Shown here: one piece after another, positions 1 through 8,359 of the stretch | How the letters are laid out: each line of letters starts with the position of its first letter | How positions within the stretch are numbered: position 1 is the first letter of the stretch | Source: Candidatus Woesearchaeota archaeon | GTDB taxonomy: Archaea; Nanobdellota; Nanobdellia; Woesearchaeales; SKIA01 | Length of the DNA: 50,148 nucleotides | Assembly (NCBI GenBank): GCA_007116645.1 | Contig: SKIA01000076.1 | Location: 1-50,148 of the forward strand | Direction of reading: 5' to 3' | Position numbers and translations under genes: made by a program | Notes under the pieces: model-generated | The model's database searches: none | What the model saw: the letters and a program-made list of their open reading frames with translations, nothing else | What the model was told of the DNA's origin: nothing

Positions 1-2
1 AG

Positions 3-1178
3 AGTGTTTCTGTGTTGCCTGCTTTTGTTGAGCAGCCTTTTTTGGTTCGTGGTTTTGATTTGGCTCATTGGGCTTCTGATAGTTCTTCTGTTGTTAATGT
101 TCCTGGTGCTCTTGAGTCTGGCGTGATGCGTATTGGTGATTCCGAGATTCCTTTTGAGAATGGTGTTGGTGTGATTTCTTCTTCTGATAGTTTACTTGCT
201 GGGCAGTATGTTGCTCGTATTGTTTTGCCTAATCGTCCGTTGTTTGATTTGGATGTGTTGGTTGAGCATCGTGATGATTCTGTTCGTATTGGTGTTCCTG
301 CTGATTGGAGTATGTATGAGCATGATTATGATGTGTTGTGGGGTTTTTTGTCTAATATGCCTAGTGATGCTACTCCTTTGACTCGTCGTCTTGGTCGTTG
401 GCATTTTGATGAGCCTCGTGTTGCTTTGTATGATGGTTGGGCTCGTGGTCCTAATCCTGCTGGTGGTCCTGGTATGTTTGAGTTGACTCCTGAGTTGGTT
501 GGTGCTGATAGTGCTTCGAAGATTCGTTTTCCTGAGCATATTGTTGCTGATATTGTTGATGCTGTTCGTACCCAGGTTCCTTTGTATACTCAGTATTGTG
601 CTTTGCCTGTGTTTTTTGAGAGCGAGGGTGCTGATCTTCCTGATTTGCGTTCCGTTGCCTCTAATGATTTTCCTGGGTGGCATTTGAACTGGCGCCGAAC
701 AAATAATTTTTTTGGTATTGATCGTGCCTCTAGGTATTCTGGTGTTCATGAGGTTCTCCGTACACGCATGTCTTATGCTACGAACAGCGATAATATTTCT
801 ATTCGTGCTACTCGTGTTGATACGCATCAAGGATTTATGAATGTTCATTATCCTACTGGTAACGCACCTGAGACTGTTGCTTTGCGTAATATTTTGCTTG
901 ATGATACTCTTCCTGGTGGTGGTCGGGGTTCTGGTTTGCCTACTGATTTTACTTTGCGTATGCGTGGTTTTGTTGCTGGTCTTCCTGCTGGTACTTTGTT
1001 TACGCGTACTGATGGTCCTTTGAGTGAGTGGGTTTTGCGTTCTAATAATTCTCATGCTCCTGCGAGTGCTGATCGTCCGTTGGTGTCTTGGGAGCCTTGC
1101 GGTGATGGTGTTGGTCATTATGTTCCTCTTGAACATCGTGTTCCTGCTCCGACGCGTTTATTGTTGCCAGACAACTGA
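3..1178 (+). CDS. Hypothetical protein, 5' end outside window; compositionally atypical and almost Lys-free
   Basis: Frame is open from the window edge (the track ORF 12..1178 starts at an internal GTG) to TGA at 1176-1178. The translation looks like a real acidic, Arg-rich globular protein with 1 Lys in 388 aa. Codons are almost all NNT/NNG, the opposite of every other gene here. No family recognised. Confidence 0.6.
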   Translation, partial: SVSVLPAFVEQPFLVRGFDLAHWASDSSSVVNVPGALESGVMRIGDSEIPFENGVGVISSSDSLLAGQYVARIVLPNRPLFDLDVLVEHRDDSVRIGVPADWSMYEHDYDVLWGFLSNMPSDATPLTRRLGRWHFDEPRVALYDGWARGPNPAGGPGMFELTPELVGADSASKIRFPEHIVADIVDAVRTQVPLYTQYCALPVFFESEGADLPDLRSVASNDFPGWHLNWRRTNNFFGIDRASRYSGVHEVLRTRMSYATNSDNISIRATRVDTHQGFMNVHYPTGNAPETVALRNILLDDTLPGGGRGSGLPTDFTLRMRGFVAGLPAGTLFTRTDGPLSEWVLRSNNSHAPASADRPLVSWEPCGDGVGHYVPLEHRVPAPTRLLLPDN

Positions 1179-1228
1179 TTGCAAGAAGTTGTGACTACGC
1201 GCGAGTGCGTGCTACTTCTCCCGAAAAG

Positions 1229-1235
1229 TATATAA
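1229..1235 (+). promoter_or_regulatory. TATA-like box (TATATAA) upstream of the giant gene
   Basis: A/T box 24 nt upstream of the in-frame GTG at 1260 but only 9 nt from GTG 1245. This argues for a leaderless start at 1260 (MKRAILLTT...). Confidence 0.4.
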
Positions 1236-1244
1236 GCGCTTTAC

Positions 1245-4200
1245 GTGAGAACAGCCATAGTGAAGCGAGCAATACTACTTACTACCTTATTATTTACTTT
1301 CGCTCTTATGAGTATTCCGTTTACAATCTCTCCTCTTCCTGCAACGTGCTTCTCTGATGAGGACTGTATGGGTTTTGGCGAAACGTGTAACCAGATGACT
1401 GGGCAGTGTGAGAGTGGGGGCGGGGACACTATAACTCCGCCTTGTGGGGTTGCGGAATGCGGATCACCAAATGTTTTTGCTGAATGTTCTAGTTCTGTTC
1501 CGCCTAGTGGCGGTGGTTCGACAACGTGGTATCCTGACTATTCTTTATCTTGTCCAGATGTGCTCACGTGTTATTGTGGGCGCTGTGCGAGTGGATATAT
1601 TTTTGAAAATGGTGCCTGTGTCCAAGAAGTTCAAGATTCTGAGATGTGCACTTTGCAAAACTGTCGAGTGACTCTTCCTGACACAAATCAAGTACTGTGT
1701 AGATCATCAACTCCTTCTTCGACTGGTGTTGATTGGAGTGAAGTAAGTCTAGTATGCTCATCAAGCGCAAACAACTGTTATTGTGGAGAATGTATGGCGG
1801 GCTATGAGTGGAATAGTATGATGGGACAATGCGAAGAAATAGATGAATTAGAAGAAGAACCTGTTAATCCGTGTGAAGGACGCGTGTGTGGCGAGGGAAC
1901 GGATGGAAGTAACTGCGGAACGTGTCCAGAGGGTCGGTATTGTACAACCTCAGGAACATGTAGGACGCAAGAAGTGACTGGTCGATTAATTACTGAAAAT
2001 GGGAATCACATTCTGTATACTCGACTTCAACCAGATGAATATTCTTCAGTTGACATATTTATTGATGCGCGTCAGAGTGAAGCAGGCCCTGAAAATGCAT
2101 TTCGCTATGGTTGGGTTTCGGACCAACAAGGTGGCTTTCTTCCTGACGCTAGTTTCCAAGTTATTTCATGGGAAGAAGTACACCCTCCCTATCCACAGCA
2201 ACCAACGACTGCGGGGACGCACACCTTCACCATAACTCGAGACCTATTATTTCCTGGTTATGAATATTTCCTTGTAGGATTGCATCCATATTATGATTAT
2301 AACGGTGACGGCAACTATGATAGCTCAGCGGTATTCTACACAGACACTCCAACACTAGAAACGCGAGGAGTGTGCGAACAACTGACTGAGGGCGAGGAAT
2401 GTTATCCCACCAACCTCTGGGATGATGATTCTGGATACAGTTGTCAACAAGACCCTACTACTTCAAGCCCTACCCGGGAATACTGTTGTCAGAACGGCGC
2501 TGGAGCATTCGAAGGTAGCTGCGGCTGTCCGTCAAACATGGAACTTATTGACGGCACCTGTCAATGTCCACCAGAACTTCCCGTCTGGGATGATAGCCTG
2601 GGTGTTTGTACGAACCCTCAAACCGCATTCTGCGGTAACTATAACGGAACAACATTCCTTGCTACACAAACCAACTATCCAAGTGGAACAACCACAACAA
2701 ACTTTTGCGCTGAGGGAAATATCTACCACAACGGAAACCCTGTCTCACAACCACCTTACCCGAACCAAGGACAAACAGTAAACTATGAATGTCGAGCAGG
2801 AGCATCAACTGCTTCGTGTTGGGTGAGACGAGAATCGGCACCGGACCCAGCACAGTGCGGTACAGCAGACCGTACATATCAATATTGGGAAACGGCTTAC
2901 TCGGGAAGCTATTGTAACGTAGGAAGTGCGGTTCCGTCAACTCCTGCATTCCCGAGTCCAGGAAGTTACGGTTCCTGGAATTGTGAAGGAACAGGACTTA
3001 CTACTGAAAGTTGTTCGCCATATCGTCAGGCAGTTCCTCCTCCTCCGCCACCTACGTGTGGTCCTGCAGAAAGAAACTATGCTGTTGGCGAAACAAGTTA
3101 TACTCAGGCACTGTGCGGCGAGGGAACAGCAAGTCCTCTTAACCCACCATTTCCTGCTACAGGGGGTTCTGAATCTTGGAACTGTGTAGAAGGAACACAA
3201 AGCGTAACGTGTACAGCAACGCGAGACGAAGATACTTCTCCACCTCCATGTAATTCAGCAGACCCGTGCTGTCGCAGCGATGGAACTTTCGAATCAGCCG
3301 GAACAGTATGTAACACTGGCGCGTATGCATGCGCAGGCTCAGGAAGTCCCAACTCTTGCTCGCGACAACGACCGGTTTATACTTGCACAGGATCAAGCTC
3401 GTCATGTCCAACGACACCATCCTCATATAGTACGCAATACGCTCCATCGGGACAAGTATGTAATGCAGCAACAGGAAACTTCGTGTCAGCAAGTACGACA
3501 AGATACTGCGGACAATCAGCCCCCTTTTGCAGCGGTCTCACATCAGTACGAAGAGATGTATATGCATGTGGAGGCACAGGAGCGTGTAACCCAAGCGTTG
3601 CAATTACGCAAAGAACAATTAATACTTGCGCAGGCGAAGAAAATGATATGTGCTATGAAGGAGCATGTACTGACGCGTGCTTTACTATAGCAGACCCAAG
3701 CGACCCATCAAACTTTGATTACGGAAACGTAGACCCTGCAATCCCTGACAGCGCAAACCCTGTCTGTACCTCAACTCCACCGCCAGGAGAAGTGTGTAAT
3801 CTAGAAAACTGTCAAACACAAGTGTCAGGATCAGAATTCTTTATGTGCGCAGCATCAGCTGTAAGTGGCGGCGGAACAACCTGGACTCAAGCAGGAGCGC
3901 TCACTTGCTCAGGAAGCAACGAATGTTTCTGTGGACAATGCTCATCAGGATATGAGTGGGACGGATCAGCATGTGTTATTCAAGCAGCATCAGCGTGCAA
4001 CCTTGCAAACTGTGAACTTATCAATCCTAACTATGAACGAGCGCAATGTTCAACAACATCGCCATCAGGCAGCAACGAGCAATGGACACAAGAATCAAGC
4101 CTAACGTGTTCTAGCGGCTCATGTTACTGTATGCAATGCGCACCAGGATACTCTCTGGAAGGAGGAGTGTGTGTGCAAGACACCATTCCTGAATCTGAGC

Positions 4201-6092
4201 TCTGCAACCTTGATAACTGTCAGGATATCAACCCCGACTATCAATTCCGCGCATGTAGCGCTAGCACTCCAACAGGCGCAAATGAAGACTGGACGCAAGA
4301 ATCAAGCTTACAATGCTCAACGAGCACAAACAACTGCTACTGCGGAGAATGCTCAAGCGATGCACCCTACCGATACGGAGGAACATGTAACGTATGCCCA
4401 CAAAGCGCTCCGTACGAAGTAGGGGGAGCATGTCAAGAATGTCCAGCAGGAGAAACTATGCAAGGAGGCGTGTGTGTTGAGTTAACACAACCAGTTATTG
4501 ATTTCTTCACTGCTGATCCAAACCAAGGAGTAAGACCACTTCAATCCACGCTCAGCTTTAGAATTACTTCGTCAACACCAGTAACGTACGACATCGCATT
4601 TGGAGATGGAAATACTTTTGGACCTATCTCAGGATCAACGCTTGTAGATGACCAAGAAGAACACACGTACACATCAACTTCTGACGCACCAACGTTTTAC
4701 ACCGCAACGCTTACAGCAACCAACGCTCAAGGACAAGCGCAAGCAACAGCAGGAATCACTGTGACCACAGGAGACGTCTGTACTGACATAAGCCAACCAT
4801 GCTGGTGTATTCTCTACCCGCAAGACCCAGCGTGCCGAGTAACTCCTCCACCACCTATTTGTGAAACTGACCCGTACAACCCGGACTGTATTGTAGGTCC
4901 TCCGCTCTGTGAGGTTGACCCTACAGATCCAAGCTGCGTGACTCCGCCAACCTGTACTGATCCTACGGATCCTCTGTGTGTTGAAGCATGCCCGTCAAAC
5001 AGTTGTTTCTTTGAAGGGTTTTGCATCTTGCCAGACACGTGTCCTATCGAAGCATACATGCTCGGTGGACTTATCTGCGATCCAAGCCTGCGTGTTGGAA
5101 ACCCTGGTCACACAGGGATGATTGACAGGGATGCAAGCGAAGATTACGATGGCGTTCCTCACTACACCTGTCCTGCAGGTGTGTGGATTACACAAGGATA
5201 CTGTATTGATGAGAACGGAGAGTTCTCAACGCATTGCGATACCCACAGTAGTAATCCAGTACTAAATTTAGATAATACGCTCAGCGACTTTATGTGCGGC
5301 GACGACCCGAACGAACTCTACGGCACGCTCGAGACTGAAGAAGGAATTGTTGAAGTATGCTCATGGCGTGGAGATGGGTCTCCTACTGTGCCTCCTCCAT
5401 CTACACCGCCTCCGCCATCTTCTGGCTATTGTTCAGGAACAGGAGCGTTCTTTGATAGTCGCTGCCACTCGCTAGTATCAGGAGAAGTAGTCCTTGTGCG
5501 TGATGATGGCACGGAAGACAATCCCTTCCCTGGTACCAGAGTAATTGCCAGAGCAACAGACCCTAACGGTAATATACGCACGTTTTCTACCCCTGCTACT
5601 GTAGGTGATAGAAGTTGGTCAATGCCTCTTCCTCCTGGAACGGTATCGCTCACACCAGAGCTTTCCGAACAAGTAGGCGAAGAGCGCATTGTCACAGTTG
5701 TTGCTCAAGAGCCACTCGCGGTGACTCCAGCGCTACGCATCTTTCAACGTGTCTGTCAAGACGGATGCGCAAACCAGCTTGGTTTGTGTGACCGAGGATG
5801 TCTTGGGGTGCTTAACTGTCCTGCGTATGATGATATGGAAGTTGACCAACAACGATTGTTTGATCGCTGCGCTCCAGAAGGACTTCCTGGAAGGCCACAA
5901 GGAAGCTTGATGCAAGTTGAAACAAACTCAACACACAGACTTGTAGGAAACTGCTGTGCTCTCGAACCACCAGAATGGCGGCCTGCTCCGCGATCAGTCA
6001 TTGAAGGCGATATTAACAACCTTATCAGATACACTCGCCTTGTCACTGTTGATGGAATGCCATTGCGCCTTGTCGTTGCAAGCTGGAACTAA
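1245..6092 (+). CDS. Giant secreted cysteine-rich repeat protein (adhesin-like) with PKD-like and CarboxypepD_reg-like segments
   Basis: 1615-aa uninterrupted ORF with an N-terminal signal peptide (KR then LLTTLLFTFALMSIPF). It carries five copies of a ~60-aa Cys module, three CG...W-x-C modules, a PKD-like segment (nt ~4491-4763, ...YDIAFGDGNT...TLTATNAQG) and Pro/Cys DP-x-x-P-x-C mini-repeats (~4830-4990). A beta-sandwich-like VVLVRDDGTEDNPFPGTRV segment is also present. The true start may be GTG 1260. Confidence 0.85.
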   Translation: MRTAIVKRAILLTTLLFTFALMSIPFTISPLPATCFSDEDCMGFGETCNQMTGQCESGGGDTITPPCGVAECGSPNVFAECSSSVPPSGGGSTTWYPDYSLSCPDVLTCYCGRCASGYIFENGACVQEVQDSEMCTLQNCRVTLPDTNQVLCRSSTPSSTGVDWSEVSLVCSSSANNCYCGECMAGYEWNSMMGQCEEIDELEEEPVNPCEGRVCGEGTDGSNCGTCPEGRYCTTSGTCRTQEVTGRLITENGNHILYTRLQPDEYSSVDIFIDARQSEAGPENAFRYGWVSDQQGGFLPDASFQVISWEEVHPPYPQQPTTAGTHTFTITRDLLFPGYEYFLVGLHPYYDYNGDGNYDSSAVFYTDTPTLETRGVCEQLTEGEECYPTNLWDDDSGYSCQQDPTTSSPTREYCCQNGAGAFEGSCGCPSNMELIDGTCQCPPELPVWDDSLGVCTNPQTAFCGNYNGTTFLATQTNYPSGTTTTNFCAEGNIYHNGNPVSQPPYPNQGQTVNYECRAGASTASCWVRRESAPDPAQCGTADRTYQYWETAYSGSYCNVGSAVPSTPAFPSPGSYGSWNCEGTGLTTESCSPYRQAVPPPPPPTCGPAERNYAVGETSYTQALCGEGTASPLNPPFPATGGSESWNCVEGTQSVTCTATRDEDTSPPPCNSADPCCRSDGTFESAGTVCNTGAYACAGSGSPNSCSRQRPVYTCTGSSSSCPTTPSSYSTQYAPSGQVCNAATGNFVSASTTRYCGQSAPFCSGLTSVRRDVYACGGTGACNPSVAITQRTINTCAGEENDMCYEGACTDACFTIADPSDPSNFDYGNVDPAIPDSANPVCTSTPPPGEVCNLENCQTQVSGSEFFMCAASAVSGGGTTWTQAGALTCSGSNECFCGQCSSGYEWDGSACVIQAASACNLANCELINPNYERAQCSTTSPSGSNEQWTQESSLTCSSGSCYCMQCAPGYSLEGGVCVQDTIPESELCNLDNCQDINPDYQFRACSASTPTGANEDWTQESSLQCSTSTNNCYCGECSSDAPYRYGGTCNVCPQSAPYEVGGACQECPAGETMQGGVCVELTQPVIDFFTADPNQGVRPLQSTLSFRITSSTPVTYDIAFGDGNTFGPISGSTLVDDQEEHTYTSTSDAPTFYTATLTATNAQGQAQATAGITVTTGDVCTDISQPCWCILYPQDPACRVTPPPPICETDPYNPDCIVGPPLCEVDPTDPSCVTPPTCTDPTDPLCVEACPSNSCFFEGFCILPDTCPIEAYMLGGLICDPSLRVGNPGHTGMIDRDASEDYDGVPHYTCPAGVWITQGYCIDENGEFSTHCDTHSSNPVLNLDNTLSDFMCGDDPNELYGTLETEEGIVEVCSWRGDGSPTVPPPSTPPPPSSGYCSGTGAFFDSRCHSLVSGEVVLVRDDGTEDNPFPGTRVIARATDPNGNIRTFSTPATVGDRSWSMPLPPGTVSLTPELSEQVGEERIVTVVAQEPLAVTPALRIFQRVCQDGCANQLGLCDRGCLGVLNCPAYDDMEVDQQRLFDRCAPEGLPGRPQGSLMQVETNSTHRLVGNCCALEPPEWRPAPRSVIEGDINNLIRYTRLVTVDGMPLRLVVASWN
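1443..1832 (+). repeat. Two copies of a ~60-aa Cys-rich module (C-x4-C...W...C-Y-C-G-x-C-x-x-G-Y...C)
   Basis: CGVAECGSP...CYCGRCASGYIFENGACV and CTLQNCRVT...CYCGECMAGYEWNSMMGQC align by eye with the three copies at 3795-4397. Confidence 0.7.
2631..3224 (+). repeat. Three tandem ~60-aa CG...C..G...P...W-x-C-x-G...C modules
   Basis: CGNYNGTT...NYECRAGASTASC, CGTADRTY...SWNCEGTGLTTESC and CGPAERNY...SWNCVEGTQSVTC share the same Cys/Trp spacing. Confidence 0.65.
3795..4397 (+). repeat. Three tandem copies of the ~60-aa C-N-L-x-N-C module
   Basis: CNLENCQTQ...CFCGQCSSGYEWDGSACV, CNLANCELI...CYCMQCAPGYSLEGGVCV and CNLDNCQDI...CYCGECSSDAPYRYGGTCNVC. Confidence 0.75.
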
Positions 6093-6095
6093 ACC

Positions 6096-6103
6096 ATTAA
6101 AAA
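6096..6103 (+). promoter_or_regulatory. TATA-like box ATTAAAAA, 21 nt upstream of ATG 6125
   Basis: Spacing matches the window-wide TATA-to-start rule (leaderless). Confidence 0.45.
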
Positions 6104-6124
6104 CGAGTAACCACTCTTTGTAGT

Positions 6125-6889
6125 ATGTTCAAGAAAGCATGGGATTTCTTCTGGCACGACGACAGCTTTCTCTCGTGGCTTGTAAACGTCGTAGTCGCGT
6201 TCGTAACGATAAAATACATCTTCTACCCGCTCTTGGCACTCATCCTCGGAACGGGCCTTCCCGTCGTAGCAGTCATTTCAGGCAGCATGGAACACTCACC
6301 AGACAATGGTATTTTGTGCGGAGTCCAGGAAAGCGATTACTGGACTGCGTGCGGAGAATTTTACGAAAACAACAATATCAGCCAAGAACGATTCCAAGAA
6401 TTTATTTTTCCAAAAGGGTTTAACCGCGGAGACGTCATGATGATTCAAGGATCAAACGAGCACAACACGCACATAGGAGACGTCATCGTGTTTCAATCAA
6501 ACAAACCCTACCCGGTCATTCACAGAGTAGTAGACACCTTCTACGAAGACAACACTAAATTCTACATTACAAAAGGAGACCATAACCAAGAAGTCATCAG
6601 GGAATACGCTCTGTTAGACACAAGACAGATGTGCAACGGAGGGCCATGCCTATATGCGTGCTACCAAGAACTTCAAGGAGCAATCCAACCAAGCCTGTGC
6701 GGTCCAGGAACCATGAGAGTCACACCACAAACACCCGGAGCAATCCCTATCCTTGACGAAGCACGTATTACGCAAGACCAAGTCATCGGAAAAGCATACG
6801 GAAGAATACCGTTTATTGGCTACGTAAAAATCATATTTGTAGAAATTCTCGAACGAATCGGCCTTGGCAGACTGGCACAAGCTTTTTAA
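6125..6889 (+). CDS. Signal peptidase I, archaeal/Sec11 (S26B) type, with Cys-containing insertions
   Basis: N-terminal TM segment, the SGSME box (VISGSMEHS), GDVIVF...VIHRVV (His box) and TKGDHN (Asp box). Extra Cys-rich stretches (CGVQESDYWTACGEF; CNGGPCLYACYQ...LCGPG) are also present. Confidence 0.8.
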   Translation: MFKKAWDFFWHDDSFLSWLVNVVVAFVTIKYIFYPLLALILGTGLPVVAVISGSMEHSPDNGILCGVQESDYWTACGEFYENNNISQERFQEFIFPKGFNRGDVMMIQGSNEHNTHIGDVIVFQSNKPYPVIHRVVDTFYEDNTKFYITKGDHNQEVIREYALLDTRQMCNGGPCLYACYQELQGAIQPSLCGPGTMRVTPQTPGAIPILDEARITQDQVIGKAYGRIPFIGYVKIIFVEILERIGLGRLAQAF

Positions 6890-6890
6890 A
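6883..6890 (+). promoter_or_regulatory. TATA-like box TTTTTAAA, 21 nt upstream of ATG 6912; contains the stop codon of the upstream gene
   Basis: Spacing rule. The TAA stop of the signal peptidase (6887-6889) lies inside the box. Confidence 0.5.
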
Positions 6891-6911
6891 CGACTTGAGC
6901 ATCAACACAAC

Positions 6912-7220
6912 ATGGAATTTTGCCCTGAATGTAAAAGCTTGATGAAACCAATCAAGAAAAACAACAAAACAGTCATGGGATGCAGCTGCGGCTACACCAA
7001 AAAAGACATGGCAAAACCCATTGTTGAAAACATCGCAAAACCAAAAGAAGTAGAAGTGGTCAGCGACGAAGAAACACTTCCTACAACAAAAGAAGAATGT
7101 GAAAAGTGCGGAAACAAAGAAGCATACTTTTGGCTACAACAAACACGCGCAGGCGACGAACCAGAAACAAAATTTCTCAAATGCACCAAATGCAAACACA
7201 CGTGGCGCGACTACAGCTAA
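6912..7220 (+). CDS. tfs: Transcription factor S (TFS), RNA polymerase cleavage factor
   Basis: N-terminal Zn ribbon FCPECKSLM...GCSCGY. C-terminal ribbon CEKCGNKEAYFWLQQTRAGDEPETKFLKCTKCKHTW carries the acidic DE hairpin typical of TFS/TFIIS domain III. Start set at ATG 6912 (MEFCPEC) by TATA spacing. Confidence 0.9.
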   Translation: MEFCPECKSLMKPIKKNNKTVMGCSCGYTKKDMAKPIVENIAKPKEVEVVSDEETLPTTKEECEKCGNKEAYFWLQQTRAGDEPETKFLKCTKCKHTWRDYS

Positions 7221-7738
7221 AGCGCAGAAACAATTGTTTCAACAACTTCATCAACTGATTTCTCAGACGTATCAACAATTAAATCAAAATTCTTTGGATC
7301 GTACGGATTCACTCCATACAAGGATGAAAGGTTCTTTGTTAGTTGCTCTTGACGGCCCTCAAGTTGTTCAGCAGCCTGGTTCACATCCACGAACCCATCA
7401 GACTTTCGCGGGTCAGCAAAACTGCGCGCAGCACGCTTATTCAAAGGAGCTGTGATAAACACCTTAAGTGACTTGGGAAGGAAAAACCATCCCATGCGCG
7501 CATCAACAACAAGATTGTCTTGGGTAGCAAGCAGTTTAGTGCGAGAATCAATTTCTTTATCAAGCTCAGGCTCGTTTTGTAATTGATCAGCAAGCTCCTT
7601 AATCGTAATGCCTCGCTCAGTAGCGATTTGCCGCATCACATCACCAACAGAATAATACGTGTACCCAAGACGTTTTGCAAGCGCCTTTGCGGTAGTGGTC
7701 TTGCCCGCTCCGTGCGTTCCGGAAAACGTTATTATCAT
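7217..7738 (-). CDS. cmk: Cytidylate (CMP) kinase, archaeal type
   Basis: MIITFSGTHGAGKTT P-loop and an overall eye match to the archaeal cmk family (ISAGD-like SVGDVMR, DKEIDSR, VVDARMG). Start set at ATG 7738 because the track start 7744 is TTG. Confidence 0.85.
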   Translation of the reverse strand: MIITFSGTHGAGKTTTAKALAKRLGYTYYSVGDVMRQIATERGITIKELADQLQNEPELDKEIDSRTKLLATQDNLVVDARMGWFFLPKSLKVFITAPLNKRAARSFADPRKSDGFVDVNQAAEQLEGRQEQLTKNLSSLYGVNPYDPKNFDLIVDTSEKSVDEVVETIVSAL

Positions 7739-7760
7739 ATCCAAGCAAACGTTACAACGC

Positions 7761-7768
7761 TTATAAGC
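7761..7768 (-). promoter_or_regulatory. TATA-like box (GCTTATAA on minus strand), 22 nt upstream of cmk ATG 7738
   Basis: Spacing rule. Confidence 0.5.
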
Positions 7769-7789
7769 ATTCCCGAATATTTCATAAGA

Positions 7790-7797
7790 ATTAAATA
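7790..7797 (+). promoter_or_regulatory. TATA-like box ATTAAATA, 22 nt upstream of ATG 7820
   Basis: Spacing rule. Confidence 0.5.
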
Positions 7798-7819
7798 GAT
7801 TGTTCCATATTCAATACAT

Positions 7820-8359
7820 ATGTTTCAAAAAAGAAACGAATTAGACGTGTTTCAAGTCCTCAAAACGTCTTTGCACGTGCGCGCTGTCGCACAGCAAACA
7901 GGTATTGCGGTAGCAACAACACAGCGCGTGCTCAAACAGCTCGAACACGAGCGAGCAGTCACTAGATCCATACAAGGAAAAAACCATGTCTTCTCCCGAG
8001 CGAAAACTCCAGAAGCAACACAGTACCTATACCTTACAGAACACTACCAAACCCTCAAACTGTTAGAAAACCCATTCATGCGCCTTCTAGCAAAACATGT
8101 ACGAGAACACACAGACGCTCTTGTAGTGGTTTTTGGTTCTTATGCCAATCAAACTAACAAACAATCAAGTGATGTGGATCTTTTTATTGAAACAAAAAAT
8201 CAACGAGTTATACAGGTCATTAAGGAGTTCTCACCAAAAATGAGTGTGCAGTCCGGAACGCTCAATCCAAAATCCGACCTGGGACAAGAAATACTCAATA
8301 AACACGTCATACTTCAAGGAGTTGAACGATTTTACCAACTCTATGAAGACTCTCGCTAA
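7820..8359 (+). CDS. wHTH plus minimal nucleotidyltransferase (MNT) domain protein, antitoxin-like partner of HEPN
   Basis: N-terminal wHTH-like region, then VVVFGSYANQTNKQSSDVDLFIE, which fits the G-S-x(n)-D-x-D polymerase-beta-type NTase motif. Confidence 0.75.
   Translation: MFQKRNELDVFQVLKTSLHVRAVAQQTGIAVATTQRVLKQLEHERAVTRSIQGKNHVFSRAKTPEATQYLYLTEHYQTLKLLENPFMRLLAKHVREHTDALVVVFGSYANQTNKQSSDVDLFIETKNQRVIQVIKEFSPKMSVQSGTLNPKSDLGQEILNKHVILQGVERFYQLYEDSR

Noticed and set aside
192-1136. 314-aa minus-strand ORF plus three nested 60-aa plus-strand ORFs inside the first gene
   Set aside because: Their translations are low-complexity (T/R/I/N/K/S-rich, or L/V/C/F-rich). They exist only because the A-poor composition removes stop codons. 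The 3..1178 plus-strand frame gives the only protein-like sequence.
1-1178. A-depleted block as a diversity-generating retroelement target or template
   Set aside because: DGR variable regions are ~100-150 nt and need a reverse transcriptase and a near-identical template repeat. No RT ORF or TR/VR pair is visible in the window, and the bias spans over 1 kb.
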